Below, one piece after another: positions 29,423-38,436 of a stretch of 64,000 nt of DNA. The notes below the pieces were generated by a model. The model was not told where the DNA came from. It did no database searches and worked only from the letters and a program-made list of their open reading frames with translations. Source of the DNA: an uncultured Gemmatimonadales bacterium (GTDB taxonomy: Bacteria; Gemmatimonadota; Gemmatimonadetes; Gemmatimonadales; GWC2-71-9); assembly GCA_963828735.1 (NCBI GenBank), contig CAWHFW010000005.1, forward strand, positions 1,120,001 through 1,184,000, read 5' to 3'. The translations under genes were made by a program, and so were the position numbers. Numbering within the stretch: the stretch's first letter is position 1; every line of letters begins with the position of its first letter.

Positions 29423-29854
29423 ATGGCGCTCGACTTCCTGTCCCCGCTCCACAAGGCCTCGCGTCAGATCTCGGTCTATCTCGAAAGCCGCACCCGGGAG
29501 CTGGGGGTGAGTCCCATCGAGGGCCACGTCCTGACCTACCTCCGGAGCTACGCCCCCGCCTCCATCCGCGACCTGGTCCGGGTCTTCGGCATCAAGCAGT
29601 CCACCTTCACCAGCCTCCTCGACCGCCTCGAGCATTCCGGATTCGTGCGCCGCTCGATCAATCCGGACGACCGCCGCTCGTTCCTGGTGCACATCACCGA
29701 TCCGGGAAGCGATCTGGCCACCCGCCTGAACCGGCAGCTCCGGGGGCTGGAAGACGAGATCCGGCGCCGGGTCGAGGGCCGGGACGTGAAGGGATTCCAG
29801 GCGGTGATGGGCGCCGTCGACGAGGTCACCCGGGTGCGGCTGCGCGGCCGATGA
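29423..29854 (+). CDS. MarR family transcriptional regulator
   Basis: STFTSLLDRLE..GFVRR..NPDDRRS winged HTH; divergent from dinB. Confidence 0.9.
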   Translation: MALDFLSPLHKASRQISVYLESRTRELGVSPIEGHVLTYLRSYAPASIRDLVRVFGIKQSTFTSLLDRLEHSGFVRRSINPDDRRSFLVHITDPGSDLATRLNRQLRGLEDEIRRRVEGRDVKGFQAVMGAVDEVTRVRLRGR

Positions 29855-29970
29855 CCTGGCGCTGCGACTATCCCGAAGCTCCAAGCATCTGAGGCCGGAC
29901 GTCACTTGTTGAAGCCGGCTCCGGCGGGACAAATTGTCGCCGACCGGTCCCCTGCAACCCTCACTCTCCT

Positions 29971-30909
29971 ATGCCTCTACTCGCCCTCGACGGGGTATCC
30001 AAACGGTTCGGCGGCATCGCGGCGGTCGACCAGCTGTCCTTCCAGGTGGATCGCGGGCAGGTGGTCGGCTTCCTCGGGCCGAACGGCGCCGGGAAGTCCA
30101 CCACGATGCGGATGATCACCCAGTTCATCGAGCCCGACACCGGCACCATTCGGCTGGACGGTGTGCCGCTCGAGGAGGCCGGCCGCGATGCCAAGCGGCG
30201 TCTCGGGTACCTCCCCGAGAACAACCCGCTCTACGCCGAGATGCTGGTCTCGGAATACCTGGACTTCGTGGGACGCCTGCGAGAGCTGGCGGGCGCGTCC
30301 CGCCAGTCGGCGATCGACGACGCGGTCGCGGCCACGGGCCTCGAGACCGTGTTCCACCGCCCGATCGGCGAGCTGTCCAAGGGCTTCCGCCAGCGCGTCG
30401 GCCTCGCGGCCGCGATCCTCCACCGCCCGGATCTGCTCATCCTGGACGAGCCCACCGAAGGCCTGGATCCCAACCAGCGAGTGGAGATCCGCCGCCTGAT
30501 CGGCGATCTGGGGCGAGAGCGCACGGTGCTGCTCTCGACGCACGTGCTGCCCGAGCTGCAGTTCACCTGCTCGCGCCTGCTCATCATCAACCGCGGTCGG
30601 ATCGTCGCGGACGGCCCCATGGACGATCTGGTTGCGCGCGCCAAGGGCGCGGCTCGCGTGGCGGTCGAGGCTGTCGGGGAGGGCGTGGCGGCGCGTCTCG
30701 CCACGCTCCCGGGCGTCGAGGCCGTCGAGGCGCACGACACGGCGGATGGACGGTCGCGGGTGATCGTGACGGCCAGCGCCTCGGAGGATCTCCGCCCAAG
30801 GATCTTCGAGCTGGCCAAGATGGAGCGGTGGACACTGTTCGAGCTGCACCAGGAAGCGGGGAGCCTCGAGGACCTGTTCCGCGAGCTCACCGTCGAGCAG
30901 GAGGGCTGA
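29971..30909 (+). CDS. ABC transporter ATP-binding protein (GldA-like)
   Basis: GPNGAGKST, GYLPENNPLY, LSKGFRQRVGLA, ILDEPT.GLDPNQ. Confidence 0.92.
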   Translation: MPLLALDGVSKRFGGIAAVDQLSFQVDRGQVVGFLGPNGAGKSTTMRMITQFIEPDTGTIRLDGVPLEEAGRDAKRRLGYLPENNPLYAEMLVSEYLDFVGRLRELAGASRQSAIDDAVAATGLETVFHRPIGELSKGFRQRVGLAAAILHRPDLLILDEPTEGLDPNQRVEIRRLIGDLGRERTVLLSTHVLPELQFTCSRLLIINRGRIVADGPMDDLVARAKGAARVAVEAVGEGVAARLATLPGVEAVEAHDTADGRSRVIVTASASEDLRPRIFELAKMERWTLFELHQEAGSLEDLFRELTVEQEG

Positions 30910-30912
30910 GCG

Positions 30913-33159
30913 ATGCGCCTCTGGACTGTCGCGCGCCGCGAGCTCAAGTCGCTGTTCGACCTGCCGACCGGTTACGTGCTCCTCGTGGCGTTCCTGGCCC
31001 TCAACGGCTTCCTGTTCTTCCGCTCAGCGTATCTGGCACAAGTCGCGAGCCTCCGTCCGATGCTGGACCTCCTGCCCTGGGTGTTCCTCTTCTTCGTGCC
31101 TGCGGTCACCATGCGGTCGCTGGCGGAGGACATTCGCGGCGGCCAGCTCGAAGTGGTGCTATCGCAGCCGCTGACCGAGCTGGAGCTGCTGCTCGGCAAG
31201 TATCTGGCGTCCGTACTGTTCCTCTGGATCGCGCTGGCCCTCACACTCCCCATTCCCTTGGCGCTCGCCTTTGGCGCGGCCATGCCGTGGCCGACGGTGG
31301 CCGCGCAGTACGTGGGCGCGGGCCTGCTCGCCGCCGGCTTCGCGGCGATCGGCACCTGGGCGTCGAGCCTCAGCCGAAGTCAGATCACGGCGTTCATCCT
31401 GGGCGCCGCGGTGATGTTCCTCCTGATCCTGGTCGGCCTCAATCCGTTGCTGGTCGGGCTGCCGGCGGCGCTCGCCGCCGTCGCCGCCCGCGTCGGGGTG
31501 CTGGCCCACTTCGACAGCATCGGCCGCGGGGTCATCGACCTGCGGGACGTGATCTATTTCCTCTCCCTCGCGGGGATCTTCCTCGCCCTGGCGTACGGCG
31601 CGCTGCTCGGACGGAAGCTCGCCCCCGCCCGCGGAGCGCGCCGCCGGCTGGTGCTGGGCGTCGGCCTGCTGGCGGCCTCGCTCGTCGTGGTGAACCTGCT
31701 GGGCGGGTACATCGGCGGCCGGCTCGATTTCTCGCCGGGAAAGGCGTACACGCTCTCGCCCGCCACACGGCGCGTGCTCGGCAACCTCGACGACCTCGTC
31801 ACGATCAAGGTCTTTGCTTCGGCCGAGCTGCCGACCGAGGTGGCGCTGATGAAGCGCGACGTGGACGACATGCTCCGGGACGTGCGCGCCGCGGGACACG
31901 ATCGGGTGCGGATCATCGAGCGCGATCCGTCGAGCGACGACGCCGCCCGGAAAGACGCCCAGTCGCTGGGGATCGAGCCGGTCCAGTTCAACGTGATCGG
32001 CCAATCGGAGCTGCAGGTGAAGCAGGGTTACTTCGGACTCGCGCTGCAGCACGGCTCGCAGACCGAGACCGTGCCGTTCGTGGACCGGACCGATGATCTC
32101 GAGTACCGCCTGGTCTCGTCCATCCGGAACCTGACTCGCGCCCACAAGCCCGCCATCGGGTTCGTGACGCAGCCGGCGACGGAACAGGGCAACAGCTATT
32201 CGGCCCTCCAGGAGCAGCTGGGTAAGGCCTACGACGTGCGGCCCCTCGCGCTCACCGACTCGACGCAGCTGGACACGGCGGTCGCGGCCGTGGTACTCGC
32301 GGGCGCGCCCGACTCGGTGCCGGCCGCGCAGCTCGCGCGGCTCCAGCGCTACGTGGACGGCGGCGGCAGCGTGCTCGTGCTCGCAGGTGGGATGGCGATC
32401 TCGCCGCAGGAGCCGGTGGCGACCCCTCGCCCCGTGCCATGGAACGCGCTGCTCCAGCGGTTCGGCGTCTCGATCCGCAGCGACATCACCTACGACCTCG
32501 TCGCCAACGAGGCGGTCCCGCTGCCGAGCGACTACGGACGGGTCCTGCAGGTCTATCCCTTCTTCATCCGGGCGGAGAGCACCCGTCGGTCGACCATCAA
32601 TCAGGACCTCGGCGCGGCCGTCATGACCTGGGCGAGCACCATCGACACCGCCAAGGCGGCGCCCGGGACGATCACGCCGCTGCTGCTCACCAGCGCGTCG
32701 TCGGGCACGTTCACAGACGCGACGTCGATCGATCCACGAAGCGACTTCCCGCAGACGCAGCTCGGCCGCCGCCTGCTCGGGGTCGTGGCGGCGCCCAAGG
32801 TCGCCCCCAGGGGTGCCAGGAGCGGGCGGGCGGTCGCCATCGGCAGCACCGACTTCGCCACCGACCGGTTCGTGCAAGGCGCTCCGGAGAACCTTGCTCT
32901 CGCGCTCAACGCGATCGACTGGCTCGCGCAGGATGAGGACCTGATCGCCATCCGCTCCAAGGACCGCCGTCCGGTCCCGCTGGTCTTCGAGACGGCCGTG
33001 CAGCGCGAGGCCGCGAAGTACGCCAACCTGATCGGCCTGCCGGTCCTCGTCGCGCTGGTGGGCATGGGGCATCTGGTCCGCCGGCGCCGGCGGACGCGGG
33101 AGCCCTATCGGCCGCTCGCCCCTGCCGAAAAGCTCCAGGCCCGCGAGGTCATCGTATGA
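30913..33159 (+). CDS. ABC permease (GldF-like) fused to GldG-like auxiliary domain
   Basis: VARRELKSLF, PAVTMRSLAE, GVIDLRDVIYF; then YTLSPAT, LEYRLVSSI and NAIDWLAQDEDLIAIRSK. Confidence 0.88.
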   Translation: MRLWTVARRELKSLFDLPTGYVLLVAFLALNGFLFFRSAYLAQVASLRPMLDLLPWVFLFFVPAVTMRSLAEDIRGGQLEVVLSQPLTELELLLGKYLASVLFLWIALALTLPIPLALAFGAAMPWPTVAAQYVGAGLLAAGFAAIGTWASSLSRSQITAFILGAAVMFLLILVGLNPLLVGLPAALAAVAARVGVLAHFDSIGRGVIDLRDVIYFLSLAGIFLALAYGALLGRKLAPARGARRRLVLGVGLLAASLVVVNLLGGYIGGRLDFSPGKAYTLSPATRRVLGNLDDLVTIKVFASAELPTEVALMKRDVDDMLRDVRAAGHDRVRIIERDPSSDDAARKDAQSLGIEPVQFNVIGQSELQVKQGYFGLALQHGSQTETVPFVDRTDDLEYRLVSSIRNLTRAHKPAIGFVTQPATEQGNSYSALQEQLGKAYDVRPLALTDSTQLDTAVAAVVLAGAPDSVPAAQLARLQRYVDGGGSVLVLAGGMAISPQEPVATPRPVPWNALLQRFGVSIRSDITYDLVANEAVPLPSDYGRVLQVYPFFIRAESTRRSTINQDLGAAVMTWASTIDTAKAAPGTITPLLLTSASSGTFTDATSIDPRSDFPQTQLGRRLLGVVAAPKVAPRGARSGRAVAIGSTDFATDRFVQGAPENLALALNAIDWLAQDEDLIAIRSKDRRPVPLVFETAVQREAAKYANLIGLPVLVALVGMGHLVRRRRRTREPYRPLAPAEKLQAREVIV

Positions 33160-34088
33160 GCGCGAGGCAGCTCCTCCGGCTGGTGCTCGTCTTCCTTGGT
33201 CTCCTCGTGCTCTGGGGAGCCGCGGCCCTGGGCCGCCGTCACGCCGCCGCTTCGCCCTCGGGCGAGGCGTTCCGGCTCCCACCGATCGCGCGGGATGCAG
33301 TGGATACGGTGGTGCTGGCGAGGGCGGCGGATACCGTCGTGCTCGCGCGGAAGGACAGCTCGTGGACGGCGAACGGCCATCCTGCGGCGCCCCAGGCGGT
33401 GAGAGAGCTGGTCGATGCCCTGGCGGACACCAGCTCGGCCAGCGAACTCGTCGCCGAACGTCGCGCGTCCCAGGCCTCACTCGGCGTGGACAGTGCGGGC
33501 GGCACGCACGTGCGGGTGAAAGGCAAAGGGGCGACGCTTGCCGACCTGGTAGCGGGCCATGGATCTCCCGACTTCTCCGGCGGGTATGTGCGCATGACCG
33601 ATCAGGAGCGAACCTGGCTGGTCCACGGCCGGCTCGTCGAAGTCCTGACCCGTCCGAGCGACGAGTGGCGGGATCGTCGCATCGCCTCGGTGCCGGCGGA
33701 TAGCGTCGGCGCCATCGAGGTGTCCCGCGGTGCTCGGCACTACGAGCTGCGCCGCGACGGTACCCGCTGGACGCTGGTGCCGGGCGGTCCGGCGGACTCG
33801 GCGCGCGCGGCCGGCCTGGTGGACGCCTATCGGACGGTCGAGGCAGCCGGCTTCGCCTCGCCGGCCCAGGCCGATTCGGCACGCTTCACGTCACCGGACC
33901 GCCGGGCCCGGGTCGTGCGGAAGGACGGCTCACCCCTGCTCTCCCTCCTGTTCGACTCGACGGCGTCGGGGATGTGGGTCCGGAGTGACACCGGAAAAAC
34001 GATCTACCGGATGGATGCCTACGCCGCCGATCGGCTCGCGCCACCGGATTCCGCGTTACGGCCGCCGCGCCCGCTGGCGAAGCACTAG
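33156..34088 (+). CDS. DUF4340 domain protein
   Basis: N-terminal anchor, duplicated domain, GYVR and EWRDRRI motifs; usual position after GldG-like genes. Confidence 0.75.
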   Translation: MSARQLLRLVLVFLGLLVLWGAAALGRRHAAASPSGEAFRLPPIARDAVDTVVLARAADTVVLARKDSSWTANGHPAAPQAVRELVDALADTSSASELVAERRASQASLGVDSAGGTHVRVKGKGATLADLVAGHGSPDFSGGYVRMTDQERTWLVHGRLVEVLTRPSDEWRDRRIASVPADSVGAIEVSRGARHYELRRDGTRWTLVPGGPADSARAAGLVDAYRTVEAAGFASPAQADSARFTSPDRRARVVRKDGSPLLSLLFDSTASGMWVRSDTGKTIYRMDAYAADRLAPPDSALRPPRPLAKH

Positions 34089-34110
34089 CGAGGTCAGCGC
34101 GGGGAACCTG

Positions 34111-34143
34111 AAAGGGGACATGCACGATTGCATGTCCCCTTTT
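34111..34143. terminator. bidirectional intrinsic terminator
   Basis: AAAGGGGACATGCA-cgat-TGCATGTCCCCTTTT. Confidence 0.8.
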
Positions 34144-34163
34144 GCGCGTGGGCCGTTCGGCGC

Positions 34164-34244
34164 TCAGGCGCCGGGCATATGATAGTAGAACTGCTCGCGA
34201 ACGATCTTCCCGTCCTTCACGGTATAGAGCGCCATCTCGGTCAT
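34164..34244 (-). pseudogene. C-terminal remnant of a SnoaL/NTF2-like gene
   Basis: Translates MTEMALYTVKDGKIVREQFYYHMPGA*, a typical SnoaL-like C-terminus; in-frame TGA five codons upstream; ends at the bidirectional terminator. Confidence 0.5.
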
Positions 34245-34412
34245 CCCACATGTTCGTCACGACTTGCGACCGACCGGTCATTGACCGCGGCGCTGGGCGC
34301 TCGCCCTCGCGGTGACCGTGTTGAGGCGGCGCGCCTCCCGCCGCCTTCTCAACCCGTTTCATTGCATAGTGTTACCATGCAGCATTCGATTGCTCAGCAC
34401 CCTGCGATCGTG

Positions 34413-34440
34413 TTGACATCCGAAAATGCGTGTATATACT
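34413..34440 (+). promoter_or_regulatory. sigma-70 promoter of marR, probably leaderless
   Basis: TTGACA-N16-TATACT, with the ATG 6 nt after the -10 box. Confidence 0.75.
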
Positions 34441-34446
34441 CCTACT

Positions 34447-34908
34447 ATGACTGCATCCCGTCACCACCTGACGCCCGCGGAGGCGCTCGACCTCCGACAG
34501 TGCGCCTGCCTCAATCTGCGCCAGGCCACCCGAGCCGTCACCCAGTTGTACGACGACTTCCTCCGCCCCACTGGCCTTCGCATTACCCAGTTCTCCCTGC
34601 TCGCGGTCATCAAGATCACCGGGGGTGCGAGCATCGGTGATCTCGCGGACGCGGCGGTGATGGACCGGACCACGCTCACCAGGAACTTGAAGCTGCTCGA
34701 AACGATGAAGCTGATTCGGAGCGCCGAGGGCGACGATGCGCGCGTCCGTCTGGTGACGTTGACGAAGGCCGGCGAAGCCCGCCTCGCCGCGGCGCAGCCG
34801 TACTGGGAGAAGGCGCAGCGGCACATGACCGAGCGGCTCGGCCGTCCTGAGCTGGGCCGGCTGCTGGCAGGCCTCTCGGGCGCGGTCGCGGCGGGACAGT
34901 CGCGCTGA
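34447..34908 (+). CDS. MarR family transcriptional regulator (CxC type)
   Basis: CACLNLRQATRAVTQLYD..LRPTGL..TQF, MDRTTLTRNL, DARVR. Confidence 0.9.
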   Translation: MTASRHHLTPAEALDLRQCACLNLRQATRAVTQLYDDFLRPTGLRITQFSLLAVIKITGGASIGDLADAAVMDRTTLTRNLKLLETMKLIRSAEGDDARVRLVTLTKAGEARLAAAQPYWEKAQRHMTERLGRPELGRLLAGLSGAVAAGQSR

Positions 34909-34992
34909 GGAGCCGCGCGTCTTTTGTGAGAAATATGTGTGGATACACATACACGCCGGAGTGAGCCGCTCCGTGCTTCGGCGGGAGGACCC

Positions 34993-35949
34993 ATGACGTG
35001 GACCATGATAGTGCTCGCGGTCGCGACCGGCACGGTCGCGATCTCGTACCTCGTGGACGCCATGAGGGGTTCGGCATCGGCGGCGCCCAGGCTGAGCTGG
35101 TCGCCCACCACGCTCGTCCGGTCGATCGAGGTGGATGGCGTGAACCTTCGCTACATCGTCGCCGGCGAGGGGCCCGCCATCGTGCTCCTGCATACCCTGC
35201 GCACCCAGCTCGACATGTTCCAGAAGGTGATCCCCACGCTCGCGGCCCGCTTCCGGGTGTACGCGCTGGACTACCCCGGCCACGGCTGGTCCGACATTCC
35301 CGACGCCCGCTACGACGCCGAGTATTTCGTGACCACGGTCTCCAAAGCGCTGGATCGCCTGGAGGTGCGGGACGCAGTGGTGGTCGGGGAGTCCATCGGC
35401 GGCAGCATCGCCCTGTTGCTCGCAGCCAGGCGCCATCCCCGCGTCCGGGCGGTCGTCGCTGTCAACCCGTACGACTACGGCCGCGGGGGCGGCCTCCGGC
35501 GCAGCTCCCTGCTGGCGAATGTGATCTTCGGCCTGAACGACGTTCCGGTGCTCGGCGCGACCGTCAATCGACTGCGCTCCTTGCCCGTCGTCACCCGAGT
35601 CTTCGAAGGCGGGCTCCGCCGGAAGGGAGCGCTGCCCGGTGACCTGGCCCGTGAGATGTACCTCGTAGGAAACCGTCCGGGTCACTCCCGTGCCTTCGGG
35701 TCGCTCGTGCGCCACTGGAGCACGTGGGAGGACACGCGCGCCGAGTACGGTGCCATCGACCGACCGGTGCTCCTCATCTATGGGGATCACGACTGGTCCC
35801 ACGAGGACGAGAGCGCCGCCAACGCCCGCGCGATCCCGCGCGTGGACCTTCGCATCGTCCGGAACGCCGGCCATTTCTTGTCGCTCGACGCGCCGGACGA
35901 GATGCTGGCGCAGGTGCTGCCCTGGGTACAATCGCTTCCGGCTCGTTGA
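34993..35949 (+). CDS. alpha/beta hydrolase with N-terminal anchor
   Basis: ALDYPGHGWS, nucleophile elbow GESIGG, YGDHD, AGHF; SD GGAGG. Confidence 0.88.
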   Translation: MTWTMIVLAVATGTVAISYLVDAMRGSASAAPRLSWSPTTLVRSIEVDGVNLRYIVAGEGPAIVLLHTLRTQLDMFQKVIPTLAARFRVYALDYPGHGWSDIPDARYDAEYFVTTVSKALDRLEVRDAVVVGESIGGSIALLLAARRHPRVRAVVAVNPYDYGRGGGLRRSSLLANVIFGLNDVPVLGATVNRLRSLPVVTRVFEGGLRRKGALPGDLAREMYLVGNRPGHSRAFGSLVRHWSTWEDTRAEYGAIDRPVLLIYGDHDWSHEDESAANARAIPRVDLRIVRNAGHFLSLDAPDEMLAQVLPWVQSLPAR

Positions 35950-36021
35950 CGGGAGCGTCGGCAGGCACCTATCCCCTGGCACCTCGGAAGGGTTCCCCTC
36001 GATACATGGGCGAACACGCGA

Positions 36022-36056
36022 AAGGCGGCGGTGTCGAGATCCGACACCTCCGCCTT
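36022..36056. terminator. terminator hairpin between the hydrolase and pilC
   Basis: AAGGCGGcGGTGTCG-agatc-CGACACCtCCGCCTT. Confidence 0.65.
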
Positions 36057-36090
36057 CGCCGAGCCCTGGCCAGGCCGAAAAGCCGGCCGT

Positions 36091-37293
36091 CTACTGTACC
36101 GCGTTCATCATGTCGAAGATCGGCAGGTACATCGCGATGACCATGCCGCCGACGATCACGCCCAGGATGACGATCATCGCCGGCTCCATGAGGCTCAGGA
36201 GCGCGCCCACCGCGACGTCCACTTCCTCGTCGTAGAAGTCGGCGATCTTGCTCAGCATCTCGTCCAGGCCGCCGGTCTGCTCGCCCACCGCGATCATGCT
36301 GATGACCATCGGCGGAAACACCTTCGACTTCTCGAGAGGGGCCGCGATCGTTTCGCCGCCAGCGATGCTCTGCCGCGACTGCATGACCGCGTTGTGAACC
36401 ACCATGTTGCCGGCCGTCTTGGCCGTGATCTCCAGGCCCTCGAGGATGCTCACGCCCGAGCTCACCAGCGTGCCGAGCGTCCGGGTGAAGCGCGACACCG
36501 CCGACTTCCGGAGCACGTCGCCGAGCACCGGCGCCTTGAGCATGGCCGCGTCGATCTGGAGGCGGCCCGCCGGCGTGCTGTAATAGCTGCGCACGCCGAA
36601 GACGAAGCCGCCGATGGCCAGCAGGATGGCCCACCAGAAGTGGATCAGGAAGTTCGACATCCCGATCACGATCCGCGTCGGCAGCGGCAGCTCCAGGTTC
36701 GCCGAGGCGAACATGCTCTGGAACGTCGGGATGACGAAGATCAGCAGCACCGCGATGGCCACCATGGCCACGCTGATGATGACGCCCGGGTACACCATGG
36801 CGCCCTTCACCTTGCGGACCAGGGCATCGTTCTTCTCGAGGAACGTGGCCAGGCGGAGGAGAATCGTGTCGAGAATACCGCCGGCCTCACCGGCGGCCAC
36901 CATGTTCACGTAGAGCCCGCTGAACGCCTTCGGGTGCTTGGAGAACGCGTCGGCGAGCGTGTTGCCGCTCTCGACGTCGTAGACCACCGCCCGAGTGACG
37001 TCGGCCAGCGCCTTGTTCTCGGTCTGCGACGCCAGGATGTTCAGCGACTGCACCAGCGGCAGGCCGGCGTTGATCATCGTCGCGAACTGGCGCGTGAAGA
37101 TGACGATGTCGCGCGTCTTGATGCGCGGCGCGCCAAAGCTGAGCTTGATCTGCTTGGGCGCCTCCCGCACGCTCACCATGATCATGCGGTTCTTGCGCAG
37201 GTAGGCGGTGACGTCGTCCTTGGAGGAGACGTCCATCTGACCCTTCTGGATCTGACCCGTCTGCGAGCGGGCGGTATACTCGAACATCGGCAT
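36091..37293 (-). CDS. pilC: type IV pilus platform protein
   Basis: FTRQFATMINAGLP, GEAGGILD, RKVKGAMVYP, GEQTGGLDEML, MYLPIF. Confidence 0.95.
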   Translation of the reverse strand: MPMFEYTARSQTGQIQKGQMDVSSKDDVTAYLRKNRMIMVSVREAPKQIKLSFGAPRIKTRDIVIFTRQFATMINAGLPLVQSLNILASQTENKALADVTRAVVYDVESGNTLADAFSKHPKAFSGLYVNMVAAGEAGGILDTILLRLATFLEKNDALVRKVKGAMVYPGVIISVAMVAIAVLLIFVIPTFQSMFASANLELPLPTRIVIGMSNFLIHFWWAILLAIGGFVFGVRSYYSTPAGRLQIDAAMLKAPVLGDVLRKSAVSRFTRTLGTLVSSGVSILEGLEITAKTAGNMVVHNAVMQSRQSIAGGETIAAPLEKSKVFPPMVISMIAVGEQTGGLDEMLSKIADFYDEEVDVAVGALLSLMEPAMIVILGVIVGGMVIAMYLPIFDMMNAVQ

Positions 37294-37308
37294 CGTGGTA
37301 GTCTCCGG

Positions 37309-38436
37309 TTAACGGCGGCCGGCGTTGGCGCGCGCCCTGTCGATGGGCGCGATATCCTGGTCTTCCATCGGCGTCACCCCGATCATCCGGAGGAACTCCT
37401 TCGGCTCCGACGATACACGCTCGCACTCCTCCTGGCTCACCTCGCGATTCGTGAAGAGCTGGAAAAGCGCGTCGTTCATCGTCTGCATGCCGTGCTTCTT
37501 GCCGGACTGCATGGCGGAATAGATCTGGTGAATCTTGTCGTCGCGGATGAGCGCGCGAATCGCGGGCGTGGCGACCATGATCTCGCAGGCCATCACGCGG
37601 CCGCGGCCGCGGACCTTGGGAAGCAGCGTCTGGGTCACGACGCCCTCGAGCACGAAGGCCAGCTGGGCCCGCACCTGCGACTGCTGGTTCGACGGAAACA
37701 CGTCGATGATTCGGTTGATCGACTCGGCCGCGGAGTTCGTGTGCAGGGTGGCGAGGGCCAGGTGCCCCGTCTCCGCGATGGTAAGGGCCGCGGCGATCGT
37801 CTCCAGGTCTCGCATCTCACCGACCAGGATCACGTCGGGATCTTCACGCAGCGCGTACTTGAGCGCGGTCTGGAAGCTCTTCGTGTCCGTGCCAATCTCG
37901 CGCTGGTTGACGATGCAGCTCTGATGGCGGTGGATGAACTCGATCGGGTCCTCCACCGTGATGATGTGCCCCTTCCGCTCCTTGTTGATCTTGTCGATGA
38001 TCGCGGCCAGCGTGGTGCTCTTACCCGAGCCCGTCGGTCCCGTCACCAGAATCAGCCCGCGCGGCCGCTCGGCCAGCTTGGCGATAACCGGCGGCAGCCC
38101 AAGCTCCTGGAAGGTTCGCACATTGAACGGAATCATGCGGATTACCATGGACACGCAGCCCCGCTGCTTGAAGCAGTTGCCGCGGAAGCGAGCTAAGTTC
38201 TGAATTCCGAACGAGAAGTCGAGCTCGTCCTCGGTCTCGAACCGCTTCTTCTGGTTCTCGGTCAGGACCGAGTAGGCCAGCTGGAGCGTGTCCTTGGGGG
38301 TCAGGACTTCGGTGACCGAGCTGTCGGCGATGTCGCCGTCGACGCGCAGCTTGGGCCGCTCACCCGTGGTGATGTGGAGGTCGGACGCCTCCTTCTCGAT
38401 CATTTCCTCGAGCAGCGCCCGCAGATTGAAGCTCAT
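37309..38436 (-). CDS. pilT: type IV pilus retraction ATPase
   Basis: ASDLH, GPTGSGKSTT, LREDPDVILVGEMRD, AETGHL, AIRALIRD, GMQTM. Confidence 0.96.
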   Translation of the reverse strand: MSFNLRALLEEMIEKEASDLHITTGERPKLRVDGDIADSSVTEVLTPKDTLQLAYSVLTENQKKRFETEDELDFSFGIQNLARFRGNCFKQRGCVSMVIRMIPFNVRTFQELGLPPVIAKLAERPRGLILVTGPTGSGKSTTLAAIIDKINKERKGHIITVEDPIEFIHRHQSCIVNQREIGTDTKSFQTALKYALREDPDVILVGEMRDLETIAAALTIAETGHLALATLHTNSAAESINRIIDVFPSNQQSQVRAQLAFVLEGVVTQTLLPKVRGRGRVMACEIMVATPAIRALIRDDKIHQIYSAMQSGKKHGMQTMNDALFQLFTNREVSQEECERVSSEPKEFLRMIGVTPMEDQDIAPIDRARANAGRR

